From Acanthaster planci (taxonomy: Eukaryota), in NCBI RefSeq assembly GCF_001949145.1, contig NW_019091357.1, forward strand, positions 3,169,078-3,233,077: a DNA stretch of 64,000 bases, read 5' to 3'. The position numbers and the translations under genes were made by a program. The notes under the pieces were generated by a model that was given only the letters and a program-made list of their open reading frames with translations, was not told the DNA's origin and did no database searches. This document shows, in pieces, positions 25,601-38,489 of the stretch; the first letter of the stretch is position 1; each line of letters opens with the position of its first letter.

Positions 25601-26329
25601 GTCTAGTGCTGCGTAGTTATTTATTTTTGTTTCTCCAAAAAACAATGCATACCAGGCAATCCTGAGGCTGCATCAGTGAACAAGCTGCTGTTTAGCACCA
25701 TGTGATCTCCAGGTCGATTGCTGTGCACCATGTCTGTGTTTCCCTGTCAGAGGAGAAGAAAATTGACCGAGATTGGAAAAATCAAAGTCTTTCCCCAAGA
25801 GATGTCATTCCGGGATCAGCAGTGTACTTTGAATTTTACCTTTGCGACCAGGGATCGAAATTCCGACTGCCACAGGTTGATGTGATTTGGGTTTTCAGGC
25901 CCTTGCTGATCCTAGTGGGATTGCCTGGGAATACTTGTCCAGGGTTTTCTTCTCAAGGTTTCTTTAATCCTAACACTCCTCGATACTCCAAAATCTGCCT
26001 GTCTTGAATAATTTTTGCCCGTCTACTCTACAGAACAGGTGACCAGTTGAAACACTGAGAGTGTGCACATTTAGAGGAAAATGCAATGGGTTTGTGCACA
26101 TTCAGAGGAGAATGCTGGGTTTTTTTTTCTATGGCGCATTCACCAGTGAGTGAAATTCTACCTGAGTGTGATTATTGGCGGCTGGTATTCCACGATGCGA
26201 CGTGTGCACTGCCGACTCACGACTTCCCTGTCTCAGCGGAGGGTGGCCCGTCTGGATGGCTGCTTCAAGTGCCGCTGTGATGGCTGCCTCTTTTGGGTCC
26301 GAGCGCTCCTTCTTCTTCCTGCGGAACAT
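22663..26329 (-). CDS. ITGB1BP1: Integrin beta-1-binding protein 1 (ICAP1; PTB domain), 184 aa, complete
   Basis: Five GT-AG exons: 26329-26221, 25248-25133, 24278-24174, 23558-23415, 22743-22663 (555 nt). Protein MFRRKKKERS...DFSVRYVGMI...DLINALDQAQ...SKYGVKI...IRLVHFED..GSQLLAMK...FQCEHQGQAKQICQLLEVLFDAV matches my recall of vertebrate ICAP1 (MFRKGKKRHS...EFRIKYVGAI...DLINYIDVAQ...SKYGIKV...IRMVCYDD...KSLLALK...YQC...QAQAICKVLSTAFDSV). The ATG exon has an acceptor at 26493; a probable upstream non-coding exon ends at 28285. Confidence 0.88.
22950..23257 (+). repeat. Degenerate minisatellite (about 32 bp, AGCTGRCCAATCAGCTTCACTCTCTGCTCAAA) in the last ITGB1BP1 intron
   Basis: About 9 imperfect units, most carrying CCAAT or a close variant. 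Confidence 0.75.
23258..23435. repeat. Near-perfect 89-bp tandem duplication spanning an ITGB1BP1 exon end and splice donor
   Basis: 23258-23346 and 23347-23435 differ by one visible substitution (ctcacatcc vs ctcgcatcc). Confidence 0.9.
24310..24622 (-). mobile_element. tRNA-derived SINE in an ITGB1BP1 intron
   Basis: Minus-strand head GGGAGATGTGGCCGAGTGGTTAGGG...GGTTCAAATCC (A and B boxes), followed by CCACCCAGGAGTAAATGGGTACCTG, which resembles a conserved SINE central domain (Deu/Nin-like; tentative). Confidence 0.75.
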
Positions 26330-27761
26330 ATAGGGCAGTCGTCTGGCGCCCCCTATGCACACATTGTTGCGGTGAAGAAGTCAAGGCAGGGGCATGTACG
26401 TATGCAGTCGGAGGTTGCTTCACTGCTGCGTGACCGTAATGACAACGATCCTGCGCCCAGACGCCTGCCAGCATCACAAGGTGCCTGGCAACTCTGTGAG
26501 GAAAGAGTGAAAAAAATGTCACATTCACTCTACGTAATGCTCTTCAACAAACACGGCTCTTACTCCAGCAACCTATTTAGCAGTCTGCAGAGATTCTACT
26601 TTCATAACCCGTTCCCCCACCACAGCAAGATCTTGGAAAACGACCAGCCCTCCTTGATATCGGCTGTCTGAGCAGGATGTAGTGCAACCTGTTTGGCTTA
26701 TGTCAAGATTTATTTCAACATCCGTAAAAAAATTTGGGTAAAAAAGCAACAAGAGAGCGCTTTGTATGATCACACACTGTGCTCCTCCCAGAACTGTAAG
26801 GTTCATACAAACCTAATACAGATAGTATGTACAAACTCGCATATGCACATTTTGGCTGTTTTGATTGTGCCAACTTTACTCTGCCATCACAGCTACCTAC
26901 AACAAAATTTCATACATGGCTTCTTGGTAAAGTTAAATGTCTGATGAATGATGGGGACGTTTATTCATATTATATCTTCATTAAAATGGGGAAATTCTTG
27001 AGCATTTTTCCCATCCACACTACAGAAAATGGGCAGCATGTACTCTCACCCACTGTCTGCTGCATGACAGCTTGACCAATCGCAACACAGCTCCTATCTC
27101 TTCCTTTTTGTTTTCCTGTCACCCACAGGTGAAAGCCACAATGTCACTGACCCAATTTGCTTCCATTCCAATGACCAATCAGAGCTTAGCTTTCATTTTG
27201 ATGGGGTCAGGAAATGCCAAATTGTGTTTATGCAAGTTTGTACATAGCTATCTGCAAGGTTTGTATAAACACTGTTCTAAGAATATTATCTAAAGCAGGA
27301 AACATTCATTATCATGTCATGCTTATTCAAAGAGATGCACACACTGACATCAATAATTCCCTTGCAGTGTCAGTATAGCTTATCATGTCCTAAAAAGTCA
27401 AATTAAGTAGATAGCCCAACAAGGCCCACTTAGACTTAGCCCATCCTTGCTCTATGGCCTAAATCAGTGTAAGTTAGCTGGTATTAGTAGAAAACACGAC
27501 GTTACACTCAGTCTGACATACATGACTGACATATCTGAGAGACTGAGTGATAGGTTAATGCATAGGCATGACTGGGAGTCGAGTCACATCCGGATATCCA
27601 CGGTTAACAATCAGTGACAATGGCTGCTTAGTGCTATCCTGGAGGTAGAAAACATGGTGCTGTCATGCCACGGTGCTATTAGTATTATTGGGAATTATAA
27701 AGTTCCTGGCCACATTGTCCACTAGTCAGGCTAGTTATTATTTCGCCATCATTATGTTGGC

Positions 27762-27841
27762 TACCCTCAGAACTGTGGGATCCGACGTCCGCCCCGCTCC
27801 CCGGAGCGGGGCGAACGTCGGACCCTACAGTTCTGGGGCTA
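27762..27841. repeat. About 80-bp near-perfect palindrome (dispersed hairpin repeat)
   Basis: CAGAACTGTGGGATCCGACGTCCGCCCCGCTCC-CC-GGAGCGGGGCGAACGTCGGACCCTACAGTTCTG; a half copy occurs at about 17783-17818. Confidence 0.75.
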
Positions 27842-28950
27842 TTCTGGGGGTACATGTCACTGACATGTCGGCCAAGTTCGCGTTTGCAAATGTCCGGGAA
27901 CTGGGCATTAATGCAAAGTGAGTAATCCATGCCGTTTACAAACCAAATTTCTTCGCACAGGTGGCGGGGCAAATCTGTGACAAACATGCATTCGACCATT
28001 CAAGCAATCGAGAAATTCACACACCGATATTCCTTAAAACCAACCTCTAGGGTATGACTTCACTGATAGTAAAAGACAGCAGCCCGCCTTTAACTTCTTC
28101 GCCTTCCTGATTAACTTCACTCAGCTCTGCTGCATGCGGATGTAGGACGCGCGTTGACTTAACTTAAGATATCGACCTTTTCAAAAATCAGGCTGAGCGT
28201 TGCTCTCAGCATGTATGTAAGGTCCATAAACGATTGCAACCATTTTCTCGACAAGGCAGAGTAACAAAAAGTTGTAGATCTTACCCTCAGATAGACGTTT
28301 GCTCATCAAATTCACTTGATTTAAACTCATGAACTGAATTCATTAAAATAAAACCACACCGAGGCGAAGCCGAGATTTTAAAAAAGAACCAAGAAGAGAG
28401 GACGCCCTCATACATTATCAGGACAGGCTTCGCTCGTCAACGTCCAGTTATGGCTGGGAAGTACGGAATTTTTGAAGGGACATGGGTGAGAAAACAATTG
28501 GAAAAAATAATGTTCGTTCGAAGGATTTTTGTTGTTGTTGGAGTTCAAATGAATTTTCTCGTTTGAACAAACATTTTCCCCATTTTTTCTCACCAATGTC
28601 CCTTTTAAAGCTCTGTACCAAAGTGTTGCCATTGGTGAACCAAAAAATAAACAAATAATGCATCGCTACAGGAAGGGATAACCTCGTGGTCACAGGTCTT
28701 GCACAATGTAGCCAATCACAGTGCAAAGCCATGACGAGCGAAAGGACAGGCCCAGTCAGTCACAGAACACGCGCACGAAAATACCAGGGGCGGATCCAGG
28801 GCTCGTGGGGGTTCAGCCCCCTTTTCCACTAAAAAAGTAATAAACAAACAAAAAAGAAGAAAAGAGGGAATGAGAAGAAAAAATATGGATCATACAGCCT
28901 GAAATTGTATCACAGAGCGCCTAGATCTAATCCATCCTATAATCCGTTAA

Positions 28951-29464
28951 AGGGTAGCTGCAATCAGTATTTTTGTATACAAACCTATAAAATGCACCTT
29001 TGTGCTTCAGCAAACCTTATTTTAAACTTGGTTTCACTATTTGAAAGGGTATTTTAATGCCTTTTTCAGTTTTATGCTCACGATTATTTCCGTATAAATC
29101 ATGAGAAAAACCGTGATGTCATCTCAGGAAGAAGCCTCAATGTTACATTGGTTTGTGCACAAAAACGTCCTGCGTTTTTGTTCATTACTGTCTGTGTGCA
29201 TAGAAATAAGAAACCATCAATCCCCTCTCAGTAAATTCAGGGTTGACAGTTTATATAGGAATACCTATGCACTGAGCCATGTCTTCCTCAGATGACTTCA
29301 CAGCAACAGCGCCCTCGATTGTCCGGGAAAACAGGCATAATTTTGATTGTTTAAAAGTGTGCGTTTTTCAATGTATTTAACCATATAGGAGTGTGGAAGA
29401 GTTTTGAAGAAAAGTACAAAGATGCAGAAAAATTGCGTCGAAGAAAATTCGTTGCAGCTACACT
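28951..29464. mobile_element. Non-autonomous Kolobok-like DNA transposon with TTAA target duplication
   Basis: TTAA|AGGGTAGCTGCAA ... TTGCAGCTACACT|TTAA (13-bp TIR, 1 mismatch, AG...CT ends) with an internal inverted pair GTGATGTCATCTCAGGAAGA / TCTTCCTCAGATGACTTCAC. Confidence 0.65.
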
Positions 29465-31455
29465 TTAATTAAGCGGGCCATCAAGGACCTTCAAGATTGA
29501 TCCTGTCAAATTCTCTTCTGTTTGGGCATTTCACGACTCGTTAGTGGATGGTTTGCTAAAAGAAGGATCACCGTAGTTACGACTTAGTCATTTTGGGCTC
29601 ACAAATTTGTCAAATGACTGATATAGATAAGTCGGGTTTCGATGACTAACTAAGTCAAGACAGGACTAATAAAAAAATAAGTCAACAGGGACTGGCTTTG
29701 GTCAAACTGGACTAATAATTGACTTAAACTATGTTAGTTATTGGCCGGTCTGACAAATTTAAATTGGTCATTTTAGACATAGAGTTAGATTAACTTTTGT
29801 TAGCCAACATGAAATTTTTTACAGTGATGGAATTAAATTATTAAGCTACTGGCAGGACCACCGTCTTGTATTTTTGAAAGTGTTGGACAAAACAGGGCCC
29901 TCGAAAGGGCACTATTTCGTAACGGAATGCATCTATTTTCGAAATGGCGATGAGCTTATTATTTCAGGGGAGAAATGTCTTAAAAAGTCATGGAATGAGC
30001 CGCGAAAATGAAAAAAAAAGAAAAAACCTGAAAGCTGAGAAAATGATATTCAATTTGATATGTGTCTTGAACACCAGAGAAACTTGTATTTTTCCTGATT
30101 TTTTGGACGTATTTCTCTATGGCAGCTTATTTACTGGTCTACAAGCCTATAGGTCGCCAAATGTCTTCAAGGCTGTTAAAGCTCTAATGGGGCGGAGAAT
30201 CGGATGACTTTAGGCGGGAGAAATTTTCTCTGTTATAAATACAAAAGAAGTAGCCAGTCACGTCTTTTTTTTTTTTCTTCTTTCTTTTTCTTTTTAAACT
30301 CCCAGCCATGTTTTTCCGACGACCGTGTAAAAGGTATAATTGCAAAGGCCATTCGTAAAATACTTTTCTGCTGAATGGCGTGCGGAATTCTATCCAGTCA
30401 ATAAAGTCCGTCGGCCTGTTTTAAATCTATTCTGGGGAGTGGGGCTCTTGCCAGACGATCGATAAAACTTTATATCGGCCCTCCAGTGAGCTGCTCTTTT
30501 ATTTTGTATTTATTTTTTTTGGCTCGAAGCATTTTTTTGTGGCGCCCATATAAAAATATACATTTTGCGTATACACCCTCTTTTTCTACTGGCGGACACG
30601 CAGTGTTCAAAATAGCTTTTATGATAGCGTTTGAGTCAAACAAGTTTATAGCCCTGTTTTAAATATATTCTGAAGATTGGGGCTCTAGCCATATGGTGCA
30701 TAAAAATAAATGGCCTTCATTGAGGTGCATGTGAGTAGGCCTACCTGCTTGCTTCCACCAAACTGGTCTCAGTGCAGGAATTTCTTCAATTTCTTTAACA
30801 TTAACATGAAAAACAAGCTCAGGGCCTTAAAAGTCAGTGGTCAAATCCAATGCCAAAAGGTTCGATACGGCGCGCACTATGCAAAGCTTGGCCCGTATCA
30901 CACCGTCTGATCTTGTTCATTGAAGGATACGAAAAAAGAAAATGTACAGCTTGAAGTCCAACCAGTTCCATTTTTTAAATATCCCTCAGTGAACAAAATT
31001 AAATGGTGTGATACCAAAGGCTCTGGTTCCGGTGAGTCGCAAAAATATCAAGCGACGGAATTTACCGATTTTTAGTAGAATGCACCTGGAAATAATGTAA
31101 TGTTACGGTTATGCGACCTTGGAATTGTTAGAGCATGCAAAGGTATGGCGCCATTATGACTTATGAACCAGCTTGTTAAGGGTACTTGCACTGTCATGAG
31201 AAATTGATGCCATTCGTTAAACTATACCTGTATTATATGTTAACCGATATGTAATATGTTAACTGATATATAATTTCTGGCCAAACAACGGTCCATCAAA
31301 ATACATGCATGCGTTCAAGCTGTCAAGACGTGCCGCCGCTTTCCCGTGCCAATCACCCACTTGACGCATTGTGGCTAAGCAGAGCTCGACGACTTCTGTT
31401 AAACCCGCGCTATCGCATGCCAATCTACAGGCATCCATTTGACTGGTACGTCATC

Positions 31456-34400
31456 ATGTCTTCTCCCACCTGTTTGAGCGTCTTTCTGCTGGTCGTAATG
31501 TTGGTTGCTCAGCCCCTGAACACTCAGGCCGGAGGTGTGTACAGTTTCAAACAGTCTATAAGCTCCGTAGATGCTTGACTGGGTGAATAACTCATGCCAG
31601 ATAATTACACATCTAATGCTTTCAAGGCGTCAGTCGTTTTAGGGATTTATATAACACCTCGAGCTGGCAAAGTCAGTTTATACCATTTTATTGATTGCAG
31701 TACTGGATACTTTCTGGTTTCCATTTTGCATTGTTGAAGTGCAACTTGAAAAACGTTTAGTTTTGTCGGGGGTTACTTGACATATTTGGAGCAGAACACG
31801 GGAATCAAAGTGGTTTAGTTTTTGTTCGTTAAGGCTTTACTACTGAATGTTTGGTGTTCATTTTGACTTGCCAATCAACTGCCCGTATAACCTAATCCCT
31901 GCAGAGCAAAGGAGAAAACTTGCTCTAGGCTTTCCGCAGTAATATGCGTCACATTGGCATTCAAATTCCTTTTAAAGCGATTCTAATTCACGGGAGGCTT
32001 TTCCTATGAGTGTTTGTTTTTCAAGAATTCAGATTTAAATTAATTTGATTTGTTTCATTTTTAGGTGCAAAAAGTTTTCAGAAACAATTCAAATTTTGTG
32101 TTCTTCACGCATAAACATGCATGACCACTATCACATTTATTTTCGCCTGGCTGCCCAGGTAGGCCATAATTTCATCTCTGAAATTCCCCTCTGTTTGTTA
32201 ATAGAATTCCCGCCCCCACCCCCAAAAAATACAATGGAAGATTTACTTGCATACAATATATCAGCTTAATGTGAGTTTTCAAGGAACAAATAGATGTATC
32301 GATTGCTGAAATACAGCTAAAATGTTGGTCTGCCGTAAAATCTCGTGCAAACGATAGCAAAACGCGGTAAGAATGAAATGTTGAATTCAGGACTCGAATT
32401 CTGGAAAAAAAGAGGATCACCTTGGCAGCATTCGTACCACAAGCATCCTTTCGTTAGACATGTTATGCACTGCATTATGTATAGCCTTTTAGAAGCATGG
32501 CGGACACCATAGGAGGGCGCTGTTTGGTTTAGGTCAAATCTTTTGCTTTTGCTCCAAATTCCATTTCAAATAGTGCCCTCCTATCCGCTCCGGGCGGAAC
32601 AAAAAAGTTCGGGTTTTTTTTCGGGTACTCACCTCATGGGCGCGCCAAAGTATAATAATGCGTTTGACGCGGAGCACGGCTTGTATGGTCTTTGCGGACA
32701 CGCAGAGCGCGTGCAAGAACCCGCTTGTAACCCCCTACCTGTGTTACATACAAAGTGTGGACATTACTTTGTTCTCCTGTGGTTAAGGAAACTTGAGGAT
32801 AATGCTCACACACACAAATACAACACAAAACAGAAAAACGCTTGAAATGTTCAATCAGTTTACATTCATTTATGAAAGGAGCATGGAAGCAAAATCAGGC
32901 CCATGATTTCTAATTCAAAAAGTGCATTCTCGTTCCGTATTACCACAAATGCTTTCAATTCGCCAAGGCTGTCTAAACACAGTCCATTGTCTGATATCAG
33001 TCCCACAAGGGGTGCACAAGTGTTTAACAAACTCAAGTGGAACTTCAATTTGTAACTGCGTGCACAGCATTAGAATTTCAAAAGTATGGACACAATCTGC
33101 ACGGAGCTGAAGTGCATCCCAGTCAGCAAAAGAAAAACATGTGTGTGGGTACACGTGAGTTTGTTTCTGCATTCAATTGAGGACCCCGAACAATAGAGGA
33201 CATAAGGTCCCCGATTGACAGAGGGTCCCCGGTTGACAACTGTGTACAAAGTATATAGGTGGTTTTCTAAAATAGTTAAAGTGCAAACAAAAGAGGAACA
33301 ATAGTGGGTCCCCAGTTGCAGGCAAATACACATTTGATGTGTGTGTGTGTACGAAATTGACTGAGACTGAATTATTAAATTATACCGCTAATGGCTCTTA
33401 CGAGTTTGGGTAGAGAAACATTGGGGGTGTAGCTTTAATCCCAAAGTGTCTTGGATGACTTTGCCATTTCTCTTTTGGTTTACAGTGCAGGACACGATAA
33501 CAGCTTTGAACACTCAATACGTTAATGCTATTAACCAAGACAATGTAAACAGCGTCATGGAGTTGTACGATAACGATTGCGTTATGATGCTGGAAGGCTT
33601 CGAGACCATTTCTGGGAAAAGCCGTAAGTTTCCTTTCACCCCATAGTTATTTTTTAAAGCCTCAAATTACCGAATTGGAAATCAGACACTTTATTTGCGA
33701 AGCCATGGACTTATTGTACTCACGTATCTTTGGTGTTGTTATATAAAACGATTCCGCCTCTTCGTCTCCTTCTCAGCACAACAGATTTTTCGTTTCATCT
33801 CCATGATAGGTACGCAGCCATACGTAGCTAAAATGATCGGAGACGTGACGACGGTCACCTTCACGAGTCAAGAGGTGACACCAATGGACGACGCAGCCGA
33901 CTACGTCTATCAACGCTCGAAATTCTCCGGGCAGAACGCCAATGGCAAAGTCGTATATGATGGAAAGTAAGCATGTTGTCAAAACTGTACACTAGTAATC
34001 GTTACTGTCAGAATTCAAAATTCAAAGCGTTGATACTAGACATGTCCTGTGGAAAGGACGGCAACGGGTGCCGCTGCGGTATAGGTAGGCCCACACGCGA
34101 GTGTAGGCGAAGTTTATTTTCGTGTTTTAGAACTGTTGCGTTTTGCAAGTGACTGTGCTTCGAGAAATCGATGCATGTTGATTCTGCTTAATTTCTTCGG
34201 TGCGTTTTTATTTCTCTTGTATGACTCTGCACACAATTCCGCAGGGGACTTCGCGCGTAAAGCAACAAATAATAGCACTTGCAACACTGTAATTTTTTTT
34301 GTACCGACTGAAGCCATCGGAGGCTATTTTATCCGTGAGGAATACAAAGGCGCCTTGGTTCGCTCACTTGTGGCTGCATTCAAAGCTATATTGATGTTAC

Positions 34401-34766
34401 AAACGATTTAAATAACGATGGAATGCGAGCCCCGTTGTATTACCTTTGGAATTCAGCAGGGTAAGATGGCTGCCTAATGGATAGCACGAAACAGCTTTGG
34501 GATCACTGATCGTGATTCAGATTTGTGTGAAACAAGCAGGCCCACTGATGGCGAGACGGATCCTCGTGAAAGAAAATTGGCCCCGTGTGCCGAATGTCGC
34601 GCAAGGCATGCTGGGTGAAACATGGCGCGGTAGGAACAAAGTAATTGGCATTGTGCGCACAGCCCTTCATTGTACACATTCCTTTCTTTGCAGGAGTTTG
34701 ATGATCTGGAAGAAAAATGACAGCAGCTACAAGATCCATATCCACATGTATAACTCAGACAGCTAA
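31456..34766 (+). CDS. Secreted SnoaL-like / DUF4440 (NTF2-like fold, YybH-type) protein, copy 1, 148 aa
   Basis: Exons 31456-31534, 33486-33623, 33810-33966, 34694-34766 (447 nt, phases 1/1/2, GT-AG). Signal-peptide-like MSSPTCLSVFLLVVMLVAQPLNTQA, then LNTQYVNAINQDNVNSVMELYDNDCVMM...ETISGK...YVYQRSKFS...VYDGKSLMIWKKNDSSYKIHIHMYNSD, a pattern typical of SnoaL/DUF4440 proteins. Confidence 0.85.
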
Positions 34767-36959
34767 ATACACAAGGGTATGGTACCACGTCGAGGTCGTG
34801 TGAATTGAATTGATTTTGAATGGTTACATACTTGAGTGTTGCTTGAGCTTTAATTTGCCTTCTAAATGCCAAGATGTTTGTTTATTCGGTTTGTGGGTTT
34901 AATAAAGGGACTTTGAGGCGTTTGGTGTCGACAAGCATACTCAGTCTGGCCTTTTTACGAGTTCTGAGCATGCGCGCGTTGATCTGGCGGCAGACGTGCA
35001 TAGTTCTGAGCACGCGCAATGCGGCAAAGGACCCATGTCTACCGCCACCAGCGTCTCAAAGTCTCCCACTGTTTGCACGTAGGACATTTCAAAGCACTCA
35101 CCACAGTTACATGTATATTGACACAATAATATCTGATTACTGATCTTTAATTATGGAAGTCTACCATAACACATGTATTAAGGTTTATTTCAATTTTCTC
35201 GCACTGGTTCCATATTGACATCTTGCTTTATACACCTGTTGCTTATAAAAACACCATACCCTGAATAATTGTTAAACTCGTCAGGGGTGCGTGTGTTAAC
35301 GATGAAACAATAACTTATAGCCAAAAGAAACTAAAATTAAAGCCGACGTGCAGAACGGGATGTGCATGGTGAAATTTTGTATCAAATCTTATTTAAAGGA
35401 CAATATATTATGCTGAAAATAAATGAGTCTGAATGACAAATATGTTGCGTCATGTTTCCTGTTGCTATTCAAGAGAGCCTGCAAGTTAACCCCTGATTGC
35501 GCGCTTTCGAGACCCTTGGATATAAAGAATAACCTTAAAAAATGTTAGAAATTGAAAGTTATTTGCGTTCGTTTAATACTTAAAAATCAGCATTTCAAGA
35601 AAGTTGCGTGGTGTCATTGTAATATCGACTAATTTGCGAAATGATTTGGTGTCTACTCCTTGTAAACACGCCACAAGAAAGACTGTTGGTGGGTAAAAAA
35701 CAATTGAACCAAACGAAGGGGGAAAAGCCGGTATTCATTGCAGAAAAAACGTAAAAAACCTACAATATATATTTTTACGTTGGAAGTACATATTAATCTT
35801 ACTTTATAGGAAAACAAAAAACCTGCCAACTGAGGTCCTGACGAGGTTCGGAAATAAGAAATAGAAGGGAAAAATAGAACAATAAAATAACAACAAAATA
35901 TAAACAGAAACATAAGCCTACTCCATAAATGAATCACCTCCTATACGCAGAAGACGAGTTAAGTGGTGAGTCATTGCTCAGTTGTTCATAGTTTAAGAAA
36001 ATCAAGCACAGATCGGATGTTCCCAGTGCCAAATCTTTGTCTTGGTCGCGTGCTGCTAAACAACGAGAATAATACCCGTAACATGATTTGCAACAAAGAC
36101 GGATGAACAAGTTGTTGACGAAATCGTTTGCCGGAGTTGTAATTGTGGTGGTGGTTGCTGTTGTTGTTGTTTATGTTGTTATTTTTGTATGTTTGTTTGA
36201 ACAACATTTTCACCTCATACTTAATTAAGTATATATTTTATTCAAGATGTATCCTTTTCTTCCGTCGTTGTCCTCCATTGGCTGTCTACACCATAGAAGC
36301 ATGCTGTCCAAACGCACGTGAGCTTTGTAATCTGTCCCCGTTTGTGATAAATAGAAAGGCCAAACGGTCAAGAATTTATTCGATGTTGCAGAACAAATAT
36401 TGAGAACAGATATGAACTTTATAAATCGTGCTTAAGACGACAAAATATGTCTTCAGAAATTACCGCCACGAGATATACGATTGATGGTGACTTATTCGGC
36501 TCTTTTTGGCGGAAATGTTGGTTCTAACAATTGAGATACCCGGTGTCGCAACTCGCTCTGGGATTTGTCAGAGATGTATACAGGGAGAGTGGAGTTGCTC
36601 TATGGGTTTCTGCCAAGATGGCAGATTATGCGTCAGTGGACATGAACATTTAGCACATAATAGCTGCATGTTGCACTGTATTTTCAAGTAATTTATATTT
36701 TGGCGGGATTTAATTTTTCTCAATCAGTTTAGGGTCAGAAATAGTCGGCATAACCCTGGAGTCGAAGCGCCCATCTGACTGCAGAATCAAGAGAAAAAAG
36801 AGCCGCTCAAATATCCTTGCATTTCTGCTGTTTTCTCAAAAACTGTAAAGCTTAGAAACTTAGGGTTATTGCAAATTGTAGCCCTGCATGTTATTCAGCA
36901 TTCTAAAATGGAACATCTCTTGGGGGGAGGAATAAAAAGGGGCTCGTCTAACAAGCATA

Positions 36960-37320
36960 CGTGACCGTATTTCAGCCAATCAGGATCTGGATCATGATCA
37001 GTGATCCTTTGTTGGTTTCTGGACACCCAAACTCGCCAAACGAACGATCACTGATCGAGATCCTGATCCGTGTGAAACGGATCCAACTCGCGATCAGTTA
37101 TCCTTCATTGGTGGCACCAAAGAGAGAGCCCGCATAATGGACAGAGCAAACCAGCTTTGGGATCACAGATCGAGATCAAGCCAATGTTTGTTTCATACGG
37201 ATCTGGACCGCGTTAGTAATACCAAAGATGGTTTGCATTATCCACCAGGAGGGTTCAGGTGTCAGTGAACCAATGCTGGATCACTGATCACGATCTGAAT
37301 CCGCGTGAAACAAATAGGCA
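36960..37320. repeat. Dispersed repeat rich in GATCA/TGATC sub-repeats
   Basis: Shares CAGCTTTGGGATCAC.GATCG and GTGAAAC motifs with 34490-34535 in copy 1 intron 3. Confidence 0.45.
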
Positions 37321-38489
37321 CACAAGAGTCGTGTGGAACGAACAGGGGATATTAACCAGCCCCGTGGACAGGACGTCTTCGTTGGAAAATTTCAACTGCG
37401 TTTGTGAAAGCCATCATGCAGGCGCGTGGGCACAATTCTCAAAAACGCACGCATATGCCACTTCTGCCGATGCCCGTGATAGTCTGCAGGAATTCTCCAA
37501 TACTTCGTTCATTTCCCGATTCTCGTTCGCGACATGTCCTTCGCTGCAGTGGTCCCAAATTTGTGGTTAAAAATATTTCAAACTGGTCAAGCGCTAGCGA
37601 CTCCGGTGTGTACATTACCCGTATCGATTCCCCTTGTTTTTACGTTTTTGTAAGATACAGTACAAACTGGTTTAAAATATTATTCACCCTATCACAAGGC
37701 CATATTAGTTTTACGAGTTTACGAGGCCAGTGAAGGCACCTTAATAAAGGCACCGCGCGGTTTCCATCTATAATTGGGATGCAAACCACATGTTCCATTG
37801 AAGCTCTGTCCTTCAGTGGTCATGTGCATACAGAATCATGGTATTGTATATTACTTTGATCTTTTTTGAATTTGCAGATAGCTTTGTCAGACAACCTTTA
37901 AAGCGCTCACTTCTTGCAAGGCCGCAAACTTTCAAGTCCGGAATGTGATCTATTTTTGAGTAGCCACGCGGTCCATTAAATGCCAACCATACGTGTTGAC
38001 TGACCAACCGACCAAACGATCAATCTAAAATATATATTCATAAATTATTCTTTGTGATACGTACAAGCCCATAAATATCTTGCTCAATATGTAACAGTAA
38101 CATCTCTCTGGTTCTTCACTGTGACGTCGTTTCACTTGAAACCGCGCCCACTCTCAAGGTGTTGCAATGGAAGCTTTGGAACTGGAAATGGTGCAAAGTT
38201 GGCATGTTAGCCAATTGGAATTAAGAGAGCATGCGCTGTGTGTGACGCCGTCACTTAACGTTAGCTTTACCATGACAAAATGATACCACCTGCTAAGTTA
38301 CTTGTTATGGATGCCAATACTTTCTGGTCAAACGACAAGTTCAATTAAAAAGTCTCAAACTGTACATAAAGAACTGTGGCCTCTTCCCTGTACCACATAT
38401 CGACTCGACACTTTGCAGCCAAGCAGTCTCCGACCTGTAAATCCGAATATTGTCACGCCCTCTTTGGTATCGACTTGACTGTTGTCATC

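Noticed and set aside
26150..26671. 173-aa plus-strand ORF
   Set aside because: Antisense to the GC-rich ICAP1 start exon; no recognisable domain or splice structure.
27685..27999. 104-aa minus-strand ORF as an upstream ICAP1 coding exon
   Set aside because: Runs through the palindromic repeat; the ICAP1 frame has an in-frame stop shortly upstream of ATG 26329 and the N-terminus already matches known ICAP1.
36250..36260. GTATCCTT U12-type donor motif
   Set aside because: Intergenic, with no adjacent exon or matching U12 branch site identified.
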